Notes under the pieces: generated by a model
What the model was told of the DNA's origin: nothing
The model's input: the letters and a program-made list of their open reading frames with translations, nothing else
The model's database searches: none
Part shown: one piece after another, positions 30,771 to 42,322 of the stretch
Layout of the letters: every line of letters starts with the position of its first letter
How positions within the stretch are numbered: the first letter of the stretch is position 1
Program-made: the position numbers and the translations under genes
NCBI GenBank assembly: GCA_943325205.2
Contig: CALPOM020000001.1
Location: 6,010-70,009, forward strand
Reading direction: 5' to 3'
From: Thermoflexus hugenholtzii JAD2
Lineage (GTDB): Bacteria > Pseudomonadota > Gammaproteobacteria > Burkholderiales > Burkholderiaceae
Length of the DNA: 64,000 nt

Positions 30771-30951
30771 ATGGCTCACTATCAATCTTCAATAACCTTG
30801 TTTTTGAATCAACTAAAACAAAAAAATCCTGAAATCGAAAAAGGGCAAATCGCTGGTCGAGCACTGTTGTGGGATAAGCCACCAGTTAGCTTAGATGAAC
30901 AAAGGCGCATGAAATTGGCAAAAATTCCGCAAAAAGCTTACGTTTACTCCA

Positions 30952-30959
<8 letters not shown>
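30771..30959 (+). CDS. DUF3460-like small protein
   Basis: YQS.IT.FL.QLK, GRALLWDK; precedes scpA. Confidence 0.7.
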
Positions 30960-32630
<1,671 letters not shown>

Positions 32631-32774
32631 AAAAACCATTCTGCGCTGAAGCTCCACTAAAATGCTTATTAATTCTAGTAGTCGGCCAGTCTGTTTAACG
32701 ATATGATGACTTGTGATAGAAAAAAGCTCATTTTATTCAGAAAAACAGCATTTAAAATGCGTATCTAGTCCCAC

Positions 32775-33092
32775 ATGACAATTTTGCAACTAAATCCCGA
32801 GAACTCTGAGTCACGTTTTATATACAATGATGCTATGGAAATAAATAATTTCGAGCAAAAACCGATTTCTATTGAGTCACTCATGAATCGAATCGAATTG
32901 CTCACAGGAAAAATGAATCGGTTGCAAGACGAATTAAATTTAATTGTCAAGGAACGAGCAGCCATGGCTATTAAAATTACTGATGCCCAGTCAAGAATCC
33001 AGAAAATCCTCAACCGCCTTCCCCAATCTTCCGATAATCGTCAATTAAACTTGCTGGAAAATACTATTTCTGAGACATCGCATGACGAATAA
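32775..33092 (+). CDS. Small coiled-coil protein, possible ZapB-like partner
   Basis: Heptad-rich central region; overlaps zapA start. Confidence 0.55.
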   Translation: MTILQLNPENSESRFIYNDAMEINNFEQKPISIESLMNRIELLTGKMNRLQDELNLIVKERAAMAIKITDAQSRIQKILNRLPQSSDNRQLNLLENTISETSHDE

Positions 33093-33450
33093 TCCAACCA
33101 ACAACTCGGTCCGTATCGAAGTTCTTCTTGCTGGACAAAAAATTATCCTCGCAACAACTCCTGAAAATGAATCCAAATTGCGCGCAGCCGCACAATTAGT
33201 CAATGATCAAATTACTCAAATCACCACGAGTGGCAATCGCAGTATCGAACGGGCTGCGCTCATGACAGCTCTTAAGCTCGCAGGTGAATTACAAGATATA
33301 CAACCGGCACCACCAAATCAAAACGAATTAATAGTAAGTAATGCAGTATTAGAGCAACTGGACACCAAATTAAGCGCAATCGAAAAACAAGTTGATATTG
33401 CCTTAGACTGTCTATCCCTGCCTAGTTCGCCAAGGTCAATAGTTCCTTGA
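33082..33450 (+). CDS. zapA: Cell division protein ZapA
   Basis: IEVLLAGQ.I.L, LRAAAQLVN, ERAALMTALKLA, coiled-coil tail; directly upstream of 6S RNA. Confidence 0.8.
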   Translation: MTNNPTNNSVRIEVLLAGQKIILATTPENESKLRAAAQLVNDQITQITTSGNRSIERAALMTALKLAGELQDIQPAPPNQNELIVSNAVLEQLDTKLSAIEKQVDIALDCLSLPSSPRSIVP

Positions 33451-33626
33451 ACCGATGCTAACGCATAAGGTGCTAAGAAGTGCAGTGGGCGAGCGCGCCT
33501 TGTTTTTATAGGGTATCACTTAAGGTGCTATTCTCCCTGGAAATACTGATGCGCCCAAAACTATACTAGAGGCACCGCCTTGAACTCTCTGGGTTCAGGA
33601 TGACGACCTAGCGGCTATGGCGGGGA
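33415..33626 (+). ncRNA. ssrS: 6S RNA
   Basis: Ends pair (TCCCTGCC/GGCGGGGA, AGGTC/GACCT); 5' GTTCCTTGAACCGAT and 3' CCTTGAAC..GGGTTCAGG resemble E. coli 6S CCCCTGAGCCGAT and CCTTGAACCAAGGGTTCAAGG; canonical location after zapA. Confidence 0.85.
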
Positions 33627-33647
33627 CCTTTTTCTTGAAAGATTTCT

Positions 33648-34469
33648 ATGACAATGCTTCAAATAATGGCTCTCTTGGGTCTTGGTATGGCAACTGGACT
33701 CATTGCGGGTCTTTTAGGTATCGGTGGTGGAATGATCATGGTGCCGTTTTTAACCATTTTGTTTACGCAATTTCAATTCCCAGATGCTTATATTTTGCAT
33801 ATGGCAATTGCTACCTCCATGACAACTATTGTCTTTACAGCAATTACGAGTGTTCGAGCGCAGCAAAAAAAGAAAATGATTCGCTGGGATATCGTTTGGC
33901 GACTTGCTCCAGGAATCATTATTGGTGGACTACTAGGCGGTAGCGAAGTGTTTAACCTATTTAAAACTGAATGGTTATGCTTGTTTTTTGCCTGTTTTCA
34001 ATTATTTTCCTCCTACCAAATGCTTACCAATAAAAAACCGAAGCCCAGCAGAACACTACCCGGCACAACCGGCATGCTTTCTACCGGTGGTTTGATTGGT
34101 CTCATGTCTAGCTTAGTCGGTGCTGGTGGTGCATTTATTTCTGTGCCGTTCATGGCCTGGTGCAATGTGCCCATCCATAATGCTCTAGCAAGTTCCTCAG
34201 CCTTAGGCTTTCCTATCGCTATTGCCAGTGCTGTCGGTTATATTATTGGTGCCTATGGCTTACCAGATCTACCCCAATACTCGATTGGGTATATCTATTT
34301 GCCAGCCCTACTATGCATCTCCCTAACCAGTATGATGACCGCTCCAATCGGCGTCAAAATAGCTCATCAGCTCAATACGACTCAGTTGCGTCGTATCTTT
34401 GCAGTTCTCCTGATCTGTATCGCGGTTTACATGCTATCGAAAAGCTTTAAATCTTTTGGAATTATCTAA
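33648..34469 (+). CDS. TauE/SafE-family membrane protein
   Basis: GLLGIGGGMIMVP, AIATS, GAGGAFISVP; ~8 TM. Confidence 0.88.
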   Translation: MTMLQIMALLGLGMATGLIAGLLGIGGGMIMVPFLTILFTQFQFPDAYILHMAIATSMTTIVFTAITSVRAQQKKKMIRWDIVWRLAPGIIIGGLLGGSEVFNLFKTEWLCLFFACFQLFSSYQMLTNKKPKPSRTLPGTTGMLSTGGLIGLMSSLVGAGGAFISVPFMAWCNVPIHNALASSSALGFPIAIASAVGYIIGAYGLPDLPQYSIGYIYLPALLCISLTSMMTAPIGVKIAHQLNTTQLRRIFAVLLICIAVYMLSKSFKSFGII

Positions 34470-34481
34470 ACCGACCACAAC

Positions 34482-35705
34482 TTAGATAATTCCCGAAGTC
34501 TGTAAGGCGACTATTTCTGCGTCAGATTTCTTGAGAACCGACCGTAATATCTCCTGCGTATGCTGACCTAAAGCTGGTGGGGGCATTTCATGGACAATCG
34601 GTGTTTGTGAAAACTTCATGGGGCTACCGACGAGCGTCACTTTGCCTGCGACCGCATGGGGTAACTCAATTTGCATTCCTCTAGCTTGTACTTGGGGCTC
34701 CTCAAAAACTTCCTTAATCGAGTTAATCGGTCCATTGGCAACACCAGCCTCGTCTAGTAAATGAACCCATTCTTTAGTTGTTTTTTTAATGAAGATTTCA
34801 CCTAATAATTGGGTGATCTCGACGCGATTATTGACTCGTGCACCATTCGTCGAAAATTGCGGGTCTTGGGCGAGATGGCTACATTGCGCAACTTCGCAGA
34901 ACTTGTTAAACAAATTATCATTACCACATGCTAGGATCAAAGCGCCATCGGCTGTCTTGAAAGTTTGATAAGGCACAATGTTCGGATGCGCATTACCCAA
35001 AGAACCCGGCGCCTGACTGGTTGAAAAATAATTCATCGCCTGATTAGATAATAAGGCTACGCAAGAGTCTAATAAAGCGACATCAATCCATTGACCAACC
35101 CCAGATACTGCACGATGGGCAATAGCAGCGCAAATGGCAACCGTGGCATACATCCCTGTAGTCATGTCAATGATTGGCACGCCAACTCGCTGTGGACCGC
35201 CACCGGGCAAATCATCCCGCTCACCGGTAATGCTCATTAACCCACCCATACCCTGAGCCATAAAGTCGTATCCTGGACGGTCCTTGTACGGACCAGTCTG
35301 ACCAAAACCAGTTACTGAACAATAAATAATGCCCGGATTAATAGCTTTGATGTCCTCATACCCTAAGCCGTATCGAGCCAAATCACCTACCTTGTAATTT
35401 TCGACAATGACATCAACTTCGGTAGCCAACTCACGCACTAATTTTTGACCTTCTGCATTGGAAATATTGATCGTAATTGACTTCTTGCCACGATTAGCCG
35501 CGCAGTAATAGGCTGATTCCTTGGTTGACTTACCCTCTTGATCCATCAAATACGGTGGTGCAAAAGCTCTGGAATCATCCCCCTTGATAGGGCGCTCAAC
35601 TTTGATCACCTGTGCACCTAAATCAGCTAAGTTTTGAGCAGCCCAAGGGCCAGCTAAAACTCTCGATAAATCGAGCACTCGAATATGCGATAAGGGACCT
35701 GACAT
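34482..35705 (-). CDS. Class III (CaiB/BaiF) CoA-transferase
   Basis: VLDLSRVLAGP, ADLGAQVIKVE, NRGKKS, ENYKVG, RPGYD, GVPIID. Confidence 0.92.
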   Translation of the reverse strand: MSGPLSHIRVLDLSRVLAGPWAAQNLADLGAQVIKVERPIKGDDSRAFAPPYLMDQEGKSTKESAYYCAANRGKKSITINISNAEGQKLVRELATEVDVIVENYKVGDLARYGLGYEDIKAINPGIIYCSVTGFGQTGPYKDRPGYDFMAQGMGGLMSITGERDDLPGGGPQRVGVPIIDMTTGMYATVAICAAIAHRAVSGVGQWIDVALLDSCVALLSNQAMNYFSTSQAPGSLGNAHPNIVPYQTFKTADGALILACGNDNLFNKFCEVAQCSHLAQDPQFSTNGARVNNRVEITQLLGEIFIKKTTKEWVHLLDEAGVANGPINSIKEVFEEPQVQARGMQIELPHAVAGKVTLVGSPMKFSQTPIVHEMPPPALGQHTQEILRSVLKKSDAEIVALQTSGII

Positions 35706-35759
35706 AAACTCCTCTTTTAAAAATTATTTTTTCCTAGATACCTAAAGATATCTGAATCT

Positions 35760-35867
35760 GTCTTCTGCGAAGACTTCGCTCAGAAAGACCCAATGCAATG
35801 ATTGGGTAATCAAACATCCCGTGGCAATCAAAAAGTATGGGGCCACGGGCTAGAGGTCTGCACTAGC
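35760..35867. other. Four tandem hairpins between Bug and CoA-transferase genes
   Basis: Stems at 35760-35789, 35788-35807 (ACCCAAT/ATTGGGT), 35818-35849 (CCCGTGGC/GCCACGGG), 35849-35867 (GCTAG/CTAGC). Confidence 0.5.
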
Positions 35868-35900
35868 AACGATTCGGACAATTCCATCGAAGTCGTCTTT

Positions 35901-36896
35901 TTAATCTAATTTAGTTCCCGATGCCTTCACAACCACAGCCCAACGCTTAATGTCTGCTGAAACGAATTTACCGAAAGCCTCACCAGTAAGACTTGGCGTT
36001 TCCGAACCATTGTTTAACCAAATGTCTTTTAACTCTGGCGTATTGAGAGCCTTAGTTACCTCAGCAATCATCTTATCAGCCACATCTTTAGGCATATCTC
36101 GAGGACCCCATAAGCCATACCAAGTACTAACTACATAACCTGGTACGCCAGCTTCAGTAGCAGTCGGCAAGTTAGGAAATGCCGGTACACGCTTTTCTGA
36201 TGCAACCGCTAAGGCTTTAATCTTGCCACTCTTGATATGCTGCGCAGACGAGCCCAAACCGTCAAACATTAAATCAACTTGACCCGCAATTAAGTCTGCT
36301 AATGCAGGGCCAGCACCGCGATATGGAATATGGGTAATAAAAGTCTTGGTTTGCATTTTAAAAAGCTCACCAGCCAAATTATGTGAAGTCCCATTACCAG
36401 CACTGGCATAATTCAAACGTCCTGGATTTTTCTTCATATAGTCAATTAAACCCATCAAATCATTAGCCTGAACCTTTTGCGGATTCACAACAATGACTTG
36501 CGGTGGCGTGGCAAGAAGTGCTAATGGCAAGAAACTCTTCTCTATATCGTAGTCTAACTTCGGATAGATAGACGGTGCAATGGCGTGATGTGCAGCGCCC
36601 ACAAAAAAGGTGTAACCATCCGGTGCGGCTTTAGAAGCAATCCCAGCACCTAAAGTGCCGCCAGCCCCGCCACGATTATCAATAATGATTTGCTTGTTCA
36701 GATTTTTCGTCAAGACCGCAGATAGTGGCCTTGCAAATGCGTCCGTTCCACCCCCAGCAGGGAATGGCACAATAAATGTAACCGGCTTCGTTGGCCAATT
36801 TGGGTCTGCAAAAGCCTGAGTAAATGTCGCTAAACTCAATAATCCAGCCCCTAAAAAATTCCAGCAAAGCCTATTTAAATATTTTTTGCTATGCAT
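35901..36896 (-). CDS. Bug/TctC tripartite tricarboxylate transporter substrate-binding protein
   Basis: VPFPAGGGTD, DNRGGAGG, APDGYT, YASAGNG, HIPYRG, WYGLWGP. Confidence 0.93.
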   Translation of the reverse strand: MHSKKYLNRLCWNFLGAGLLSLATFTQAFADPNWPTKPVTFIVPFPAGGGTDAFARPLSAVLTKNLNKQIIIDNRGGAGGTLGAGIASKAAPDGYTFFVGAAHHAIAPSIYPKLDYDIEKSFLPLALLATPPQVIVVNPQKVQANDLMGLIDYMKKNPGRLNYASAGNGTSHNLAGELFKMQTKTFITHIPYRGAGPALADLIAGQVDLMFDGLGSSAQHIKSGKIKALAVASEKRVPAFPNLPTATEAGVPGYVVSTWYGLWGPRDMPKDVADKMIAEVTKALNTPELKDIWLNNGSETPSLTGEAFGKFVSADIKRWAVVVKASGTKLD

Positions 36897-36940
36897 ATCA
36901 CTCCTCCTCTTGTTATAGATCTAATTTTTTATCAATCTTT

Positions 36941-38230
36941 TTAAATCAATTGGGCAACGGACCTAGAATGAATCACTTCTCCTTGCACAAACCGATCATG
37001 ATTATCCTCTATTTTATCTAAATCATATAAATAGTTGACCATCAAACCAGCAGACTGTCTTAAACCTTTTTTCGACAAATCCCCCCCCCAATTAATCCTA
37101 TGTAACCGCGCGCCATTACCTAAATGAAATTTAGCAACCTGGTTACCCCCTCGACAAACCGATAGGTGCGTCAAATAAATTGCGCTGAGTTGTTGTAAGG
37201 CACTTTTTTCTTCTAAACTTGCCGTTTCCGGAGTCCAGCCTAGGGATAGTCTTTCCGGCCAAGATTTAGATTTAAGATCTAAGACGCGCATGGCGTGACT
37301 TACTTTTTCTAAAATAACTGGCTTAGGCTTAGCCTCCGACAAGTCCCCTCCAGCAATGATCCAATCCATCATGCCAGTAATAGGAGACAGGGTAACAAAG
37401 TTTTTTAACGATGGAAACTCGTCTTGTAAATATTTAGCAACGCGTTTGATCAAGAAATTTCCTAAAGAAACACCCTTTAAACCAGGTTCACAGTTACTAA
37501 TCGAATAAAAAACTGCCACTTTAAATTGTGCAGGATCTAAGGAATCTGACTTTTTATTAACAAGTGGCCCAACTGTTGCCGAAATCTCTGGAACTAAAGC
37601 AACTTCAACAAAAATCAATGGCTCATCAGGCAACTGTGGATGAAAAAATGCAAAGCAACGTCGATCAGGCTGCAACCGTCTTCGTAAATCATCCCAGCCA
37701 TCAATTTCATGTACCGCTTCATGTTGGATAATTTTTTCTAATATATGGGCTGGCGATTTCCAATCAACTCGGTGCATTTTTAAAAAACCCGGGTTAAACC
37801 ATGAGACAAATAAATGATGTAAATCATGATCCAAAGGCCTTAATTCAGGTCGCTTATCGAGAACTTTAATCAGATGTCGACGCATTGCAACCAGATTTTT
37901 GATGCCACCATCAACCCGATTAATCCGCCGAATTAACTCCTGCCTAGGAGACTCTGTATGTCTACTTAACGCAATGAAATTTTTACCCGAAGCATCCTGT
38001 GCATAGGCCTGAGCAAGTTTTAACACTTGCTCAGGGTCGGGGTTAAATTTAGTAGCTAAGGCGTGATAAAAACTCAATTTTTGATCCTCATCTAACAACT
38101 GATATTGCCCCATCAGTTCGTTAGCCATACTCGCTGTATTGGCTTCACCACGCTCAGTTAAGATTTTTTTTGCAGCATTAATCGATCGCGATAACGATCT
38201 GACTTGAGTTATGCGTTGGAACAGGGTCAT
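36941..38230 (-). CDS. Malonyl-CoA decarboxylase
   Basis: WFNPGFL, HEAVHEI..W.DLRRRL, RRCFAFFHP, FYSISNC, VTLSP, FHLGNGA, GLMVNYLY. Confidence 0.92.
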   Translation of the reverse strand: MTLFQRITQVRSLSRSINAAKKILTERGEANTASMANELMGQYQLLDEDQKLSFYHALATKFNPDPEQVLKLAQAYAQDASGKNFIALSRHTESPRQELIRRINRVDGGIKNLVAMRRHLIKVLDKRPELRPLDHDLHHLFVSWFNPGFLKMHRVDWKSPAHILEKIIQHEAVHEIDGWDDLRRRLQPDRRCFAFFHPQLPDEPLIFVEVALVPEISATVGPLVNKKSDSLDPAQFKVAVFYSISNCEPGLKGVSLGNFLIKRVAKYLQDEFPSLKNFVTLSPITGMMDWIIAGGDLSEAKPKPVILEKVSHAMRVLDLKSKSWPERLSLGWTPETASLEEKSALQQLSAIYLTHLSVCRGGNQVAKFHLGNGARLHRINWGGDLSKKGLRQSAGLMVNYLYDLDKIEDNHDRFVQGEVIHSRSVAQLI

Positions 38231-38340
38231 ACTCCAATTTCCTTTTGGTAGAATTCTCTTCTGGACGCTTCAGACTCAATCAATGACATGAATGCCATCG
38301 AATTGACTACTCTTAAAAATATAACACCGAAATAACAGTC

Positions 38341-39117
38341 TTACCGATTCCGAGTTAAAAGAAATACCCCATAAACAACCATCGGCAAAGATAGCCACTG
38401 CCCCATCGATAAGCCAAAAGATAAGACTCCTAAAAAACGGTCTGGCTCACGGGTAAATTCAACTAAAAATCGACAAATACCATACCCAAGTACAAACATA
38501 CCAGATACCTGACCAAGTTTTCTCGATGATTTAGCGTAGAACCATAAAACAAGACCTAATAAAAGTCCCTCACCAGCAAATTGATAAAGCTGTGATGGGT
38601 GCCTCATCAAGACGTCGCCAGCTTGGGGGAAAATCATACCCCAAGAGACATTCGTTGGACGGCCCCATAGTTCGCCATTGATAAAATTACCAATCCTTCC
38701 AAAGGCCAAGCCAAAAGGAACTAGCGGCGCAATCGCATCAGCCATGGTAAAGAAAGACCGCCGACTCTTTTTGGCATACCAAAATATAGCCAACAGTACA
38801 CCTAAAAATCCCCCATGAAAAGACATACCGCCTTCCCATACCTTCAGAATATCAAGAGGATGCGCCAAAAAATGTCCGGGTAGATAAAATAAACAATACC
38901 CTAAACGCCCTCCCAAAATAACGCCTAAGACAGCATAAAACAGCAGATCCTCAATATCTAAATAGGTGATGCCTTGTGACTTCATGGCTGGCTGATTAAC
39001 CCGTAATCGACCTAGAAGTAGATATTGACCAAATGCCATTAAATACATGAGGCCATACCAATGGATCGCAATTGGCCCCAAACTCAGCGCAACTGGATCA
39101 AACTGGGGATGAATCAC
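38341..39117 (-). CDS. lgt: Prolipoprotein diacylglyceryl transferase
   Basis: [43 protein letters not shown]. Confidence 0.96.
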   Translation of the reverse strand: MIHPQFDPVALSLGPIAIHWYGLMYLMAFGQYLLLGRLRVNQPAMKSQGITYLDIEDLLFYAVLGVILGGRLGYCLFYLPGHFLAHPLDILKVWEGGMSFHGGFLGVLLAIFWYAKKSRRSFFTMADAIAPLVPFGLAFGRIGNFINGELWGRPTNVSWGMIFPQAGDVLMRHPSQLYQFAGEGLLLGLVLWFYAKSSRKLGQVSGMFVLGYGICRFLVEFTREPDRFLGVLSFGLSMGQWLSLPMVVYGVFLLTRNR

Positions 39118-39581
39118 GCGGCACCTTTCTGATCATAATTGGTTAACTCTAGGCCCAATGAGCGATAGTGTTTAAAACGTTCCCGTCCAGCAATTAAGTC
39201 CAGCTCACTAGTCGAAACGATTTCGACTACTCGCTCAAAACGGTTAGCTAACTCAACGATTTCTGTAAGCGGCTGGCTACCCATATGGATTAGCACATCC
39301 GAATGCGGGACTTGATCAAACAGCATCCGATTATATGAACTCGTCAAAAGAATCGGACTCGCTATAGCAAGTTCATCATCAATCTGGCAGTGCGGTAAAA
39401 AATCATCCGCACTAAAAGACCAAAGCAAGCTGTCTAATTGGGCAAGTTCTGCCTGGGGAATAATCACAATCACTTGTTTGAGCGCCTGCCCCAGAGGACT
39501 TAAGGATAAAACTTTTCGAGTGAGTCGACAACAATAATGTAAGCGACTGCCAACCTGACTATGAAAATCAACTCTTGGCAT
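39114..39581 (-). CDS. holC: DNA polymerase III subunit chi
   Basis: [15 protein letters not shown]...[20 protein letters not shown]; follows pepA. Confidence 0.88.
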   Translation of the reverse strand: MPRVDFHSQVGSRLHYCCRLTRKVLSLSPLGQALKQVIVIIPQAELAQLDSLLWSFSADDFLPHCQIDDELAIASPILLTSSYNRMLFDQVPHSDVLIHMGSQPLTEIVELANRFERVVEIVSTSELDLIAGRERFKHYRSLGLELTNYDQKGAA

Positions 39582-41166
39582 TCGGTCCAACACTTTGCAT
39601 TAAAAACTCTGCAAGTAATGGCACTGGCCGGCCGGTAGACCCTTTGGCAACGCCACTCTTCCAGGCTGTACCAGCAATATCTAGGTGCGCCCAGTCATAA
39701 TCCTGCGTAAAGCGCGATAAGAAACAGGCCGCTGTAATACTACCAGCAGGTCGACCGCCAATATTAGCAAAGTCTGCAAAATTTGACTTAAGCTGCTCTT
39801 GATATTGATCATCTAAAGGCATCGGCCAAACTGTATCTAAAGCATGTTTACCGGCGTCCACTAAACGCTTTGTCAGGTCTGCATTTTTAGAAAATAATCC
39901 CGAGTGCACACTGCCCAAAGCAATCACACAAGCACCCGTTAGCGTTGCAATATCGATCACCGTAGCTGGCTTAAATTGTTTCACATACGTCAGAGCGTCA
40001 CATAAAATTAATCGACCTTCAGCATCGGTGTTCAAAATTTCAACTGTCTGCCCTGACATAGTCACAACAATATCACCTGGCCGGGTCGCCTTGCCTGATG
40101 GCATGTTCTCACAAGCCGGAATAATACCAATGACATTCTTTCGCAATTTCATTTGAGCAACTGCGTGCATGGTCCCTAAAACCGAAGCGGCGCCACACAT
40201 GTCAAACTTCATTTCATCCATTGCCTCACCAGGTTTTAGCGATATTCCACCTGTGTCAAAAGTAATGCCTTTACCAACCAAAGCAATCGGTGCTTCTTTG
40301 GCTAAGCCACCGCGATATTCCATCACAATGAGTTTAGGAGGCGTATCTGAACCATTCGTTACAGCTAAAAAGGCACCCATACCAAGCCGTTCTAAATCCT
40401 TCCGCTCGAGTATCTTCACTTGTATATTGAGTTTCGATAAACTCTGGGCTGTTTTGGCTAAATAAGTGGGGGTGCAGATATTCGGGGGAAGATTACCCAA
40501 ATCTTTTGCAAGAGTAATGCCCGCAGCCACGGCGACACTGCACCGAACAACTTCTTTAATGGCCTTATCATTTTTATCTGTAGTGGCAAACATGACTGAC
40601 TTTAAAGAGACGGGCTGGTCATTCGGTTTCGATTTTAAGTTTGGACAGGCTAATCCGAAACGATATGACTGCTCCTCAATAAGTTGAATAGTTTGACTAA
40701 TCAGAGCATCATGACTCGGGCTTGGCTTACCTAGCTCATCCTGATCGAGTAACCACAAAACGGAGGTTGAGCGGGTACCCAGCAGGCTCCGAATCGCTGT
40801 TCTAGATGCCTTTACATAATCTTGAAGATACTTTTGCGTAGGCTGTGCCCCAGCTGAAATATCGCGCTCACCCAAACCAACTAACATGACTCGCTCAGCA
40901 GCAAGGCCTACTGATAACCAGGATTTTTGGCGATTAATTAATAAGACTTCACCAACTTTGCCTAAAAAATCTTTTTGATTACACACCGATTGAATTAAAC
41001 CATCAAGAACAATATCTAACTGCGCTAAGCTTTTAGGCAAAATCACCTTACCAGTATCTGCTAATTGATAGCACGGTATCAAGATACAATCGATAGATTG
41101 TTGCAGTTGTACCTGCAGGCGATTTTGGCCTGAAGGAAAGACTTTCGTGATAAATTTGGTTTGCAT
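39568..41166 (-). CDS. pepA: Leucyl aminopeptidase (M17)
   Basis: VGKGITFDTGG, MKFDMCGAA, NTDAEGRL, IATLTG, WAHLDIAG. Confidence 0.95.
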   Translation of the reverse strand: MQTKFITKVFPSGQNRLQVQLQQSIDCILIPCYQLADTGKVILPKSLAQLDIVLDGLIQSVCNQKDFLGKVGEVLLINRQKSWLSVGLAAERVMLVGLGERDISAGAQPTQKYLQDYVKASRTAIRSLLGTRSTSVLWLLDQDELGKPSPSHDALISQTIQLIEEQSYRFGLACPNLKSKPNDQPVSLKSVMFATTDKNDKAIKEVVRCSVAVAAGITLAKDLGNLPPNICTPTYLAKTAQSLSKLNIQVKILERKDLERLGMGAFLAVTNGSDTPPKLIVMEYRGGLAKEAPIALVGKGITFDTGGISLKPGEAMDEMKFDMCGAASVLGTMHAVAQMKLRKNVIGIIPACENMPSGKATRPGDIVVTMSGQTVEILNTDAEGRLILCDALTYVKQFKPATVIDIATLTGACVIALGSVHSGLFSKNADLTKRLVDAGKHALDTVWPMPLDDQYQEQLKSNFADFANIGGRPAGSITAACFLSRFTQDYDWAHLDIAGTAWKSGVAKGSTGRPVPLLAEFLMQSVGPNAKS

Positions 41167-41218
41167 GAAAAGGTGCCGTATATGTTAAAAACTCTATTAT
41201 CCATCGAACTTCAAAAAT

Positions 41219-42322
41219 ATGATTTATGAACAAGCACTAAGACGTGAGTTAGCTTACACAACTGGCGCCGTCTTTTTGGTCTTAATCACTATTATGATAA
41301 CCACTTTGGTGATTCGTATACTAGGTTTTGCTGCCAACGGAGCAGTCAATCCGCAGGATGTGATTGTACTTATCATGCTTGCCGTCATCGGCTATATCGC
41401 CGTGATTCTGTCTGTCTCAATATTTATTGCTATCTTGATCGTTCTAATCCGGTGGCATAGGGATTCAGAAATGGTTGTCTGGTATGCCAGTGGACTGAAT
41501 TTAAAAATGCTCTATAAACCTGTCTTAGGATTTGCTATGCCCTGGTTAATTGTAATTACTTGTATGGCTCTCTTTGCTTGGCCTTGGAGTAATTCGAAAA
41601 CAAATGAACTCAGTCAAAAATTCAAAGGGCGTGATGAAGTATCCATGATTGTTGCAGGAAAATTCTTTGAGTCAGCAAACTCCAACCGGGTTTTTTTTAT
41701 TGAGAGTGTCGACAACATCTCAAATAAGATCAAAAACGTCTTTGTAACTGACTATAAAAATAATCGAGTTACTGTGGCAATGGCTGAATCTGGATTTATT
41801 AACAATCAATTAGACGGCTCCAAGCAAATCAAAATTCAACATGGCAATCGTTATGAGGGACAACCAAGTCAGGGTGATTTTAAAATCTTAGAGTTTGATG
41901 AATACATTGTAGAAATAGATAAAAAACCCTCGCCTTTAATCAAGCCAAGCGCCAAAGAAACGCCTACGATCGATTTAATTAATTACCCGATTCCCCTTGC
42001 GCAAGGGGAACTGCTGTGGCGGATTGGCTTACCGCTCATGGCCTTTGGTCTGATCATGTTAGCAGTCCCACTAGCCTATGTTAACCCTCGTAAAGGTAGT
42101 TATATTGCGATGCTTTACGCAGTGTTCTTCTATCTCATTTATAGCAATCTTTTGAATATTACACAAAGCCTTGTGGCTGAATCCAAAAGAAGTTTTTTGA
42201 CAACTTTTTGGCCTATCCATGTCTTAGCCATGATTCTTGCTCTGCTCCTTTTGATGTATAGAATGAATCCATCCATTCCTTGGTGGCAACGATTTATTCC
42301 CGGAGGCTCCAGAGGATCATGA
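41219..42322 (+). CDS. lptF: LPS export ABC permease LptF
   Basis: YjgP/Q pattern, RWHRDSEMVVW, GELLWRI; divergent from pepA. Confidence 0.92.
   Translation: MIYEQALRRELAYTTGAVFLVLITIMITTLVIRILGFAANGAVNPQDVIVLIMLAVIGYIAVILSVSIFIAILIVLIRWHRDSEMVVWYASGLNLKMLYKPVLGFAMPWLIVITCMALFAWPWSNSKTNELSQKFKGRDEVSMIVAGKFFESANSNRVFFIESVDNISNKIKNVFVTDYKNNRVTVAMAESGFINNQLDGSKQIKIQHGNRYEGQPSQGDFKILEFDEYIVEIDKKPSPLIKPSAKETPTIDLINYPIPLAQGELLWRIGLPLMAFGLIMLAVPLAYVNPRKGSYIAMLYAVFFYLIYSNLLNITQSLVAESKRSFLTTFWPIHVLAMILALLLLMYRMNPSIPWWQRFIPGGSRGS

Noticed and set aside
35706-35900. Known riboswitch (fluoride, glycine, TPP, SAM, c-di-GMP)
   Set aside because: Consensus cores not found on either strand; kept only as an unknown structured element.
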